Shown piece after piece: positions 53,201-64,000 of a DNA stretch of 64,000 bases. The translations under genes were made by a program, and so were the position numbers. The notes beneath the pieces are model-generated. The model had not been told where the DNA came from, made no database searches, and saw nothing but the letters and a program-made list of their open reading frames with translations. The stretch is from Eledone cirrhosa. Lineage: Eukaryota. How positions within the stretch are numbered: the stretch's first letter is position 1; each line of letters begins with the position of its first letter. The stretch spans positions 35,278,001-35,342,000 of the forward strand of contig OZ024760.1 in NCBI GenBank assembly GCA_964016885.1, written 5' to 3'.

Positions 53201-56200
53201 TTGGGAGAGTTCCATTACCTATGTTGGAAGGGTGCCATTACCTATGTTGGGAGAGTGCCTTTACCTATGTTGGGAGAGTGCCATTACCTATGTAGGGAGG
53301 GTGCCGTTACCTATGTTAGGAGGGTACTGTTACCTATGTTGGGAGAGTGCCATTACCTATGTTAGGTGGGTGCCGTTACCTATGTTAGGAGGGTGCCATG
53401 TTGGAAGGGTGCGATTACCTACGTTAGGAGGGTGCCATTACCTATGTTGGGAGAGTGCCATTACTTATATTGGGAGGATGCCGTTACCTATGTTGGGAGG
53501 GTTCCGTTACCTATGTTGGGAGAGTGCCATTACCTATGTTGGGAGGGTTCCGTTACCTACGTTGGGAGAGTGCCATTACCTATGTTGGAAGGGTGCCGTT
53601 ACCTATGTTAGGAGTGTGCCGTTACCTATGTTTGGAGGGTGCCGTTACCTATGTTAGTAGGGTGCCATTACCTATGTTGGAAGGGTGCCGTTACCTATGT
53701 TGTGAGAGTGCCATTACTTATGTTAGGAGGTTGCCGTTACATATGTTAGGAGGGTTCCTTTACCTATGTTGGAAGGGTTCCGTTACCTATGTTGGGAGAG
53801 TGCCGTTACCTATGTTGGGAGGGTGCCGTTACCTACGTTTGGAGAGTACTATTATCTATGTTAGGAGGGTGCCGTTTCCTATGTTGGGAGGGTGCCATTA
53901 CCTATGTTAGGAGGGTGTATTACCTATGTTAGGAGGGTGCCATTACCTATGTTGGTAGGGTGCGTTGCCTATGTTGGGTGAGTGCCGTTACCTATGTTGG
54001 GAGAGTGCCATTCCCTATGTTGGGAGCGTGCCGGTACCTATGTTAGGAGGGTGCCATTACCTATGTTGGGAGAGTGCCATTACCTATGTTAGGAGAGTGC
54101 CGTTACCTATGTTGGGAGGGTGCCATTACCTGTTGGGATAGTGCCGTTACCTATGTTAGGATGGTGCCATTACCCATTTTGGGAGAGTGCCATTACCTAT
54201 TTAGGGAGGGTGCCGTTACCTACGTTAGGAGGGTGCCGTTACCTATGTTGGGAGAGTGCCATTACCTATGTTGGGAGAGTTCCGTTACCTATGTTGGAAG
54301 GGTGCCATTACCTATGTTGGGAGAGTGCCTTTACCTATGTTGGGAGTGTGCCCTTATCTATGATGGGAGAGTGCCATTACCTATGTAGGGAGGGTGCCGT
54401 TACCTACGTTAGGAGGGTGCCGTTACCTATGTTGGGAGAGTGCCATTACCTATGTTAGGAGGGTGCCGTTACTTATGTTAGGAGGGTGCCATTACCTATG
54501 TTGGAAGGGTGCCATTACCTACGTTAGGAGGGTGCCATTACCTATGTTGCGAGAGTGCCGTTACCTATGTTAGGAGGGGGCCATTACCCATTTTGGGATA
54601 GTGCGATTACCTATGTTAGGAGAGTGCCGTTACCTATGTGAGGAGGGTGCCATTACCTATGTTGGGAGAGTTCCGTTTCCTAAGTTGGAAGGGTGCCATT
54701 ACCTATGTTGGGAGAGTGCCTTTACCTATGTTGGGAGAGTACCATTACCTATGTAGGGATGGTGCCATTACCTATGTTGGGAGAGTTCCATTACCTATGT
54801 TGGAAGGGTGCCATTACCTATGTTGGGAGAGTGCCTTTACCTATGTTGGGAGAGTGCCATTACCTATGTAGGGAGGGTGCCGTTACCTACGTTAGGAGGG
54901 TGCCGTTACCTATGTTGGGAGAGTGCCATTACCTATGTTAGGAGGGTGCCGTTACCTATGTTAGGAGGGTGCCATTACCTATGTTGGAAGGGTGCCATTA
55001 CCTACGTTAGGAGGGTGCCATTACCTATGTTGCGAGAGTGCCGTTACCTATCTTAGGAGGGTGTCGTTACCTATGTTGGGAGAGTGCAATTACCTATGTT
55101 AGGTGGGTGCCGTTACCTATGTTAGGAGGGTGCCGTTACCTATGTTAGGAGGGGGCCATTACCCATTTTGGGATAGTGCGATTACCTATGTTAGGAGAGT
55201 GCCGTTACCTATGTGGGGAGGGTGCCATTACCTATGTTGGGAGAGTTCCGTTACCTATGTTGGAAGGGTGCCATTACCTATGTTGGGAGAGTGCCTTTAC
55301 CTATGTTGGGAGAGTGCCATTACCTATGTAGGGAGCGTGCCATTACCTATGTTGGGAGAGTTCCATTACCTATGTTGGAAGGGTGCCATTACCTATGTTG
55401 GGAGAGTGCCTTTACCTATGTTGGGAGAGTGCCATTACCTATGTAGGGAGGGTGCCGTTACCTATGTTAGGAGGGTACTGTTACCTATGTTGGGAGAGTG
55501 CCATTACCTATGTTAGGTGGGTGCCGTTACCTATGTTAGGAGGGTGCCATTACCTATGTTGGAAGTGTGCGATTACCTACGTTAGGAGGGTGCCATTACC
55601 TATGTTGGGAGAGTGCCATTACTTTTATTGGGAGGATGCCGTTACCTATGTTGGGATGGTTCTGTTACCTATGTTGGGAGAGTGCCATTACCTATGTTGG
55701 GAGGGTTCCGTTACCTACGTTGGGAGAGTGCCATTACCTATGTTGGAAGGGTGCCGTTACCTATGTTAGGAGTGTGCCGTTACCTATGTTTGGAGGGTGC
55801 CGTTACCTATGTTAGTAGGGTGCCATTACCTATGTTGGAAGGGTGCCGTTACCTATGTTGTGAGAGTGCCATTACTTATGTTAGGAGGTTGCCGTTACAT
55901 ATGTTAGGAGGGTTCCTTTACCTATGTTGGGAGGGTTCCGTTACCTATGTTGGGAGAGTGCCGTTACCTATGTTGGGAGGGTGCCGTTACCTACGTTTGG
56001 AGAGTACTATTATCTATGTTAGGAGGGTGCCGTTTCCTATGTTGGGAGGGTGCCATTACCTATGTTAGGAGGGTGTATTACCTATGTTAGGAGGGTGCCA
56101 TTACCTATGTTGGTAGGGTGCGTTGCCTATGTTGGGTGAGTGCCGTTACCTATGTTGGGAGAGTGCCATTCCCTATGTTGGGAGCGTGCCGGTACCTATG

Positions 56201-57540
56201 TTAGGAGGGTGCCATTACCTATGTTGGAAGGGTGACGTTACCTATGTTGGGAGGGTTCCGTTACCTATGTTGGGAGAGTGCCATTACCTATGTTAGGAGG
56301 GTGCCGTTACCTGTGTTGTGAGGGTGCCATTACCTATGTTGGGAGGGTGTCGTTACCTGTGTTGGGAGAGTGCCATTACCTATGTTAGGAGGGTGCCGTT
56401 ACCGATGTTAGGAGGGTGCCATTACCTTTGTTGGAAGGTTGCCATTACCTACGTTAGGAGGATGCCGTTTGCTATGTTGGGAGGGGGCCGTTAACTATGT
56501 TGGGAGAGTGCCGTTACCTATGTTGTGAGGGTGCCGATACCTATGTTGGGCGAGTGTCATTACCTACTTTAGGAGAGTGCCGTTACCTATGTTGGAAGGG
56601 TGCCATTACCTACGTTAGGAGGGTGCCATTACCTATGTTGCGAGAGTGCCGTTACCTATCTTAGGAGGGTGTCGTTACCTATGTTGGGAGAGTGCCATTA
56701 CCTATGTTAGGTGGGTGCCGTTACCTATGTTAGGAGGGTGCCTTTACCTATATTAGGAGGGGGCCATTACCCATTTTGGGATAGTGCGATTACCTATCTT
56801 AGGAGAGTGCCGTTACCTATGTGGGGAGGGTGCCATTACCTATGTTGGGAGAGTGCCTTTACCTATGTTGGGAGAGTGCCATTACCTATGTATGGAGGGT
56901 GCCGTTACCTACGTTAGGAGGGTGCCGTTACCTATGTTGGGAGAGTGCCATTACCTATGTTAGGAGGGTGCCGTTACCTATGTTAGGAGGGTGCCATTAC
57001 CTATGTTGGGAGGGTTCCGTTACCTACGTTGGGAGAGTGCCATTACCTATGTTGGAAGGGTGCCGTTACCTATGTTAGGAGTGTGCCGTTACCTATGTTT
57101 GGAGGGTGCCGTTACCTATGTTAGTAGGGTGCCATTACCTATGTTGGAAGGGTGCCGTTACCTATGTTGTGAGAGTGCCATTACTTATGTCAGGAGGTTG
57201 CCGTTACATATGTTAGGAGGGTTCCTTTACCTATGTTGGAAGGGTTCCGTTACCTATGTTGGGAGAGTGCCGTTACCTATGTTGGGAGGGTGCCGTTACC
57301 TACGTTTGGAGAGTACTATTATCTATGTTAGGAGGGTGCCGTTTCCTATGTTGGGAGGGTGCCATTACCTATGTTAGGAGGGTGTATTACCTATGTTAGG
57401 AGGGTGCCATTACCTATGTTGGTATGGTGCGTTGCCTATGTTGGGTGAGTGCCGTTACCTATGTTGGGAGAGTGCCATTCCCTATGTTGGGAGCGTGCCG
57501 GTACCTATGTTAGGAGGGTGCCATTACCTATGTTGGGAGA
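50260..57540 (+). repeat. ~3.8-kb tandem duplication containing a nested ~1.6-kb duplication
   Basis: ORF offsets 3805 (50315/54120) and 3828 (50980/54808, 51275/55103, 51555/55383, 52883/56711); nested offset 1608 (51275/52883, 55103/56711); second copy shortened (ORF ends 53910/57377, offset 3467). Confidence 0.85.
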
Positions 57541-60500
57541 GTTCCGTTACCTATGTTGGGAGAGTGCCATTACCTATGTTAGGAGGGTGCCGTTACCTGT
57601 GTTGTGAGGGTGCCATTACCTATGTTGGGAGGGTGTCGTTACCTATGTTGGGAGAGTGCCATTACCTATGTTAGGAGGGTGCCGTTACCGATGTTAGGAG
57701 GGTGCCATTACCTTTGTTGGAAGGTTGCCATTACCTACGTTAGGAGGATGCCGTTTGCTATGTTGGGAGGGGGCCGTTAACTATGTTGGGAGAGTGCCGT
57801 TACCTATGTTGTGAGGGTGCCGATACCTATGTTGGACGAGTGTCATTACCTACGTTAGGAGAGTGCCGTTACCTATCTTGGGAGAGTGTCGTTACCTATG
57901 TTAGGAGGGTGCCGTTACCTATGTTAGGACGGTGACGTCACCTATGTTAGGAGGGTGCCGTTACCTATGTTGGGAGAGTGCCTTTATCTATGTTAGGTGG
58001 GTGCCGTTTCCTATGTTGGGAGAGTGCCATTACCTATGTTAGGAGGGTGTATTACCTATGTTGGGAGGCTGCCATTTCCTATGTTGGGAGAGTGCCGTTA
58101 CCTATGTTAGGAGGGTGCAGTTTCCTATGTTGGGAGTGTGCCATTACCTATGTTAGGTGGGTGACGTTACCCATTTTGGGAGAGTGCCATTACCTATGAT
58201 AGGAGGGTGCCGTTACCTATGTTGGGAGGGTGCCATTACCTATGTTGGGAGAGTTCCGTTACCTATGTTGTAAGGGTGCCATTACCTATGTTGGAAGGGT
58301 GCCATTACCTACGTTAGGAGGGAGCCATTACCTATGTTGGGAGAGTGCCATTACTTATATTAGGAGGATGCCGTTGCCTATGTTGGGAGAGTGCCGTTAC
58401 CTATCTTAGGAGGGTGTCGTTACCTTGTTTGGGAGAGTGCCATTACCTATGTTAGGTGGGTGCCGTTACCTATGTTAGGAGGGTGTCTTTACCTATGTTA
58501 GGAGGGTGCCATTACCCATTTTGGGAGAGTGCCATTACCTATGATAGGAGCGTGCCGTTACCTATGTTGGGAGGGTGCCATTACCTATGTTGGGAGAGTG
58601 CCGTTACCTATGTTAAGAGGGTGCTGTTACCTATGTTGGGAGAGTGCCATTATCTATGTTAGGTGGGTGCCGTTACCTATGTTAGGAGGGTGCCTTTACC
58701 TATGTTAGGAGGGTGTCATTACCCATTCTGGGAGAGTGCCATTACCTATGATAGGAGGGTGCCGTTACCTATGTTGGGAGGGTGCCATTACCTATACTGG
58801 GAGAGTTCCGTTACCTATGTTGGAAGGGTGCCATTACCTATGTTGGGAGCGTGCGATTACCTATGTTGGGAGGGTGCCATTACCTATGTAGGGAGGGTGC
58901 CGTTAGCTACGTTAAGAGGGTGCCATTACCTATGTTGGGAGAGTGCCATTACTTACATTAGGAGGGTGCCGTTAACTATGTTGGGAGGGTTCCGTTACCT
59001 ATGTTGGGAGAGTGCCGTTACCTATCTTAGGATGGTGTCGTTACCTATGTTGGGAGAGTGCCATTACCTATGTTAGGTGGGTGCCGTTACCTATGTTAGG
59101 AGGGTGCCTTTATCTATGTTAGGAGGGTGCCATTACCCATTTGGGGAGAGTGCGATTACCTATGATAGGAGTGTGCCGTTACCTATTTTGGGAGGGTGCC
59201 ATTACCTATGTTGGGAGAGTTCCGTTACCTATGTTGGAAGGGTGCCATTACCTATGTTGGGAGAGTGCCTTTACCTATGTTGGGAGAGTGCCATTACCTA
59301 TGTAATGAGGGTGCCGTTACCTATGTTAGGAGGGTGTCGTTACCTATGTTGGGAGAGTGCCATTACCTATGTTAGGAGGGTGCCGTTACCTATGTTAGGA
59401 GGGTGCCATTACCTATGTTGGAAGGGTTCGATTACCTACGTTAGGAGGGTGCCATTACCTATGTTGGGAGAGTGCCATTACTTATATTAGGAGGGTGCCG
59501 TTAACTATGTTGGGAGGGTTCCGTTACCTATGTTGGGAGAGTGCCATTACCTATGTTAGGAGGGTGGCGTTACCTATGTTGGGAGAGTGCCATTACCTAT
59601 GTTCGAAGGGTGCATTTACCTATGTTAGGAGGGTTCCCTTACCTATGTTGGAAGGGTGCCGTTACCTATGTTAGGAGTGTACCGTTACCTATGTTTGGAG
59701 GGTGCCGTTACCTATGTTAGTAGGGTGCCATTACCTATGTTGGAAGGGTGCCGTTACCTATGTTGTGAGAGTGCCATTACCTATGTTAGGAGGTTGCCGT
59801 TACATATGTTAGGAGGGTTCCTTTACCTATGTTGGGAGGGTTCCGTTACCTATGTTGGGAGAGTGCCGTTACCTATGTTGGGAGGGTGCCGTTACCTACG
59901 TTTGGAGAGTACTATTATCTATGTTAGGAGGGTGCCGTTTCCTATGTTGGGAGGGTGCCATTACCTATGTTAGGAGGGTGTATTACCTATGTTAGGAGGG
60001 TGCCATTACCTATGTTGGAAGGGTGCCGTTACCTATGTTAGGAGGGTGCCGTTACCTATGTTGGGAGGGTGCCGTTAACTATGTTGGGAAAGTGCCATTA
60101 CCTATGTTAGGAGGGTGCAGTTACCTATGTTAGGAGGGTTCCTTTACCTAAGTTGGAAGGGTGCCATTACCTATGTTGGAAGGGTGCCGTTACCTATGTT
60201 GGGAGATTACTGTTACCTACGTTGGGAGGGTGCCGTTACCTATGTTGGGAGAGTGCCATTACCTCTGTTGGGAGGGTGCCGTTACCTATGTTAGGAGGGT
60301 GCCATTAACTATGTTGGAAGGGAGCCGTTACCTATGTTGGGAGAGAGCCATTACCTATGTTAGGAGGGTGCGTTACCTATGTTGGGTGAGTGCCGTTACC
60401 TATGTTGGGAGAGTGCCATGACCTATGATAGGAGGGTGCCATTACCTATGTTGGGTGAGTTCTGTTACCTATGTTGGAAGGGTGCCATTACCTATGTTGG

Positions 60501-63500
60501 GAGAGTGCCTTTATCTATGTTAGGAGGGTGCCGTTTCCTATGTTGGGAGAGTGCCATTACCTATGTTAGGAGGGTGTATTACCTATGTTGGGAGAGTGCC
60601 ATTCCCTATGTTAGGTGGGTGCAGTTACCTATGTTAGGAGGGTACCATTACCTATGTTGGAAGAGTGCCGTTACCTATGTTAGGAGGGTGCCGTTACCTA
60701 TGTTGGGAGAGTGCCATTACCTATGTTAGGTGGGTGCCGTTACCTATGTTAGGAGGGTGCCTTTACCTATGTTAGGAGGGTGCCATTACCCATTTTGGGA
60801 GAGTGCCATTACCTATGATAAGAGGGTGCCGTTACCTATGTTGGGAGGGTGCCATTACCTATGTTGGGAGAGTTCCGTTACCTATATTGGAAGGGTGCCA
60901 TTACCTATGTAGGGAGAGTGGCTTTACCTATGTTGGGAGTGTGGCCTTATCTATGTTGGGAGAGTGCGATTACCTATGTAGGGAGGGTGCTGTTACCTAT
61001 GTTAGAAGGGTGCCGTTACCTATGTTGCGAGAGTGCCATTACCTATGTTAGGACGGTGCCGTTACCTATGTTAGGAGGGTGCCGTTACCTATGTTGGAAG
61101 GGTGCCATTACCTACGTTAGGAGGGTGCCATTACCTATGTTGGGAGAGTGCCATTACTTATATTAGGAGGATGCCGTTACCTATGTTTGGAGGGTACGGT
61201 TAACTTTGTTGGGAGAGTGTCATTACCTATGTTAGGAGGGTGCCGTTACCTATGTTGGGAGAGTGCCATTACCTATGTTAGAAGGGTTCATTTACCTATG
61301 TTAGGAGGGTGCCGTTACCTATGTTTGTAGGGTGCCGTTACCTATGTTAGTAGGGTACCATTACCTATGTTGGAAGGGTGCTGTTACCTATGTTGGGAGA
61401 GTGCCATTACATATTTTCGGAGGTTGCCGTTACATTAGTTAGGAGGGTTCCTTTACCTATGTTGGGAGGGTGCCGTTACCTATGTTGGGAGAGTACCGTT
61501 ACCTATGTTGGGAGGGTGCCGTTACCTACGTTTGGAGAGTCCTATTATCTAAGTTGGGAGAATGCCGTTACCTATGTTGGGAGGGTGGCGTCACCTATGT
61601 TAGTAGGGTGCCGTTACCTATGTTGGGAGAGTTCAATTATCTATGTTAGCAGGGTGCCGTTTCCTATGTTGGGAGAGTGCCATTACTTATATTAGGAGGA
61701 TGCCATCACCTATGTTAGGAGTGTGTATTACCTATGTTAGGAGGGTGTCATTACCTATGTTAGGAGGATATATTACTTATATTAGGAGGATGCCATTACC
61801 TATGTTAGGAGGGTGTATTACCTATGTTAGGAGGGTGCCATTACCTATGTTGGAAGGGTGCCGTTAACTATGTTGGGAGAGTGCCGTTACCTATGTTAGG
61901 AGGGTTCCTTTACCTAAGTTTGAAGGGTGCCATTACCTATGTTGGAAGGGTGCCGTTACCTATGATGGGAGATTGCTGTTACCTACGTTGGGAGGGTGCC
62001 GTTACCTATGTTGGGAGAGTGCCGTTACCTATGTTGGGAGGGTGCCGTTACCTATGTTGCGAGAGTGTCATTACCTGTGATGGGAGGGTGCCGTTACCTA
62101 TGTTGGGAGAGAGCCATTACCTATGTTGGAAGGTTTCCGTTCCCTATGTTGGGAGAGTGTCATTACCTATGTTGGGAGGGTGCCGTTACCTATGTTGGTA
62201 GGGTGCGTTACCTATGTTGGGTGAGTGCCGTTACCTATGTTGGGAGAGTGCCGTTACCTATGTTAGTACGGTGCCGTCACCTATGTTAGGAGGGTGCCGT
62301 TACCTATGTTGGGAGAGTGCCTTTATCTATGTTAGGAGGGTGCCGTTTCCTATGTTGGGAGAGTGCCATTACCTATGTTAGGAGGGTGTATTACCTATGT
62401 TGGGAGAGTGCCATTCCCTATGTTGGGAGCGTGCCGGTACCTATGTGAGGAGGGTGCCATTACCTATGTTGGAAGGGTGCCGTTACCTATGTTGGGAGGG
62501 TTCCTTTACCTATGTTGGGAGAGTGGCATTACCTATGTTAGGAGGGTGCCGTTACCTATGTTGGGAGGGTGCCATTACCTATGTTGGGAGAGTGCCGTTA
62601 CCTATGTTAGGAGGGTGTCGTTACCTATGTTGAGAGAGTGCCATTACCTATGTTAGGAGGGTGCCGTTACCTATGTTAGGAGGTTGCCATTACCTTTGTT
62701 GGAAGGGTGCCATTACCTACGTTAGGATGGTGTCATTACCTATGTTGGGAGAGTGCCATTACTTATATTAGGAGGATGCCGTTTCCTATGTTGGGAGGGG
62801 GCCGTTAACTATGTTGGGAGAGTGCCGATACCTATGTTGGGAGAGTGACATTACCTATGTTAGAAGGGTGCATTTCCCTATGTTGGGAGGGTGCCGTTAC
62901 CTATGTAGGGAGAGTGACATTACCTATGTTAGGAGGGTGCGTTACCTATGTTAGGAGGGTGCCATTACCTATGTTGGAAGGGTACCATTACCCATTTTGG
63001 GAGAGTGCCATTACCTATGATAGGAGGGTGCCGTTACCTATGTTAGGAGGGTGCCATTACCTATGTTGGAAGGGTGCCATTACCCATTTTGGGAGAGTGC
63101 CATTACCTATGTAGGGAGGGTGCCGTTACCTATTTTAGGAGGGTGCCGTTACCTATGTTGGGAGAGTGACATTACCTATGTTGGGAGGGTGCCGTTACCT
63201 ATGTTGGGAGAGTGCCATTATTTATATTAGGAGGATGCCGTTACCTATGTTGGGAGGGTGCCGTTAACTATGTTGGAAGTGTGCCGTTACCTATGTTGGG
63301 AGGGTTCCGTTACCTATGTTGGGAGAGTGCCATTACCTATGTTGGGAGGGTGCCTTTACCTATGTTGGTAGGGTGCCGTTACGTATGTTAGGAGTGTGCC
63401 GTTACCTATGTTTGGAGGGTGCCGTTACCTATGTTAGTAGGGTGCCATTACCTATGTTGGAAGGGTGCCGTTACCTATGTTAGGAGGGTGTATTACCTAT

Positions 63501-64000
63501 GTTAGGATGGTGCCATGTTGGATGGGTGCCGTTACCTATGTTAGGAGGTTGCCGTTACATATTTTAGAAGGGTGCCGTTACCTACGTTTGGAGAGTACTA
63601 TTATCTATGTTAGGAGGGTGCCGTTTCCTATGTTGGGAGGGTGCCATTACCTATGTTAGGAGGGTGTATTACCTATGTTAGGATGGTGCCATGTTGGAAG
63701 GGTGCCGTTACCTATGTTAGGAGGGTGCCATTACCTATGTTGGGAGGGTGCCGTTAACTATGTTGGGAGAGTGCCGTTACCTATGTTAGGAGGGTGCCGT
63801 TACCTAAGTTTGGAGAGTACTATTACCTGTGTTGGGAGGGTGCCGTTACCTATGTTGGAAGGGTGCCGTTACCTATGTTGGGAGGGTGCCGTTACCTATG
63901 TTAGGAGGGTTCCGTTACATATGTTAGGAGGGTGCCATTACCTATGTTGGAAGGGTGCCATTTCCTATGTTAGGAGGGTGCCATTGCGTATGTTGGGAGA

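Larger units (their letters stand above)
1..64000 (+). repeat. Tandem satellite/minisatellite array, 23-bp monomer TTACCTATGTTRGRAGRGTGCCR, ~2,780 copies, running off both window ends
   Basis: TTACCTATGTT recurs every 23 bp from base 1 (ttacctatgttgggagggtgccg|ttacctatgttgggagagtgtca|...) to the end. Occasional shorter monomers occur (22-bp ...GGGTGTA and ...GGGTGCG). The only non-repeat interruption seen is 1118-1214. Confidence 0.99.

Noticed and set aside
7-63659. All supplied ORFs as protein-coding genes
   Set aside because: They overlap in all three + frames with the same 23-aa translation, are broken by frame-indifferent stops and indels, and show no unique domain. They are a by-product of the 23-bp period.
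1-64000. CRISPR or CRISPR-like array (23-bp repeat with weak dyad)
   Set aside because: Monomers abut directly with no unique spacers, no leader and no cas or other genes.
1-64000. Telomere array (TTAGG/TTAGGG)
   Set aside because: TTAGG occurs at most once per monomer and only in one variant class; no tandem telomeric tract.
1-64000. AGGAGG Shine-Dalgarno sites repeated throughout
   Set aside because: They are simply part of the A12 monomer; there is no prokaryotic gene context.
1-64000. CCG/CCA polymorphism as proof of CpG methylation
   Set aside because: Independent deamination should give CTG and CCA at similar rates, but CCA appears far more common than CTG. Amplification of an early variant explains it without methylation; direct data are needed.
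1-64000. Variant string as a programmed diversity or information-storage system (DGR, antigenic-variation cassettes)
   Set aside because: No reverse transcriptase, recombinase or expression locus is present, and nested duplication plus conversion explains the pattern.

Overview
Apart from one 97-bp insertion, the whole 64-kb window is a single head-to-tail satellite array of a 23-bp monomer (consensus TTACCTATGTTRGRAGRGTGCCR, about 2,780 copies by length/23), with the G/T-rich strand on + throughout and no inversion seen. I find no credible protein gene, RNA gene or CRISPR array. All supplied ORFs are translations of the repeat (3 monomers = 69 bp = a 23-aa unit, LPMLGGCRYLCWEGAVTYVGRVP). The insertion (1118-1214) has a perfect 14-bp target-site duplication and a paralogous empty site 1,055 bp downstream. 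From memory it resembles the 3' part of an invertebrate SINE, closest to octopus SINEs, which suggests an animal genome (unverified). Rare monomer variants expose layered higher-order structure: a near-identical ~5.4-5.5-kb unit in almost three copies (~14.9-30.9 kb), tandem duplications of 850 bp and ~940 bp, a nested ~1.6/3.8-kb mosaic at 49-58 kb, and an older ordered multi-monomer cassette reused across the window. I do not see evidence for a new gene system; the interest lies in satellite architecture. Block boundaries were read by eye and from ORF offsets and are approximate.
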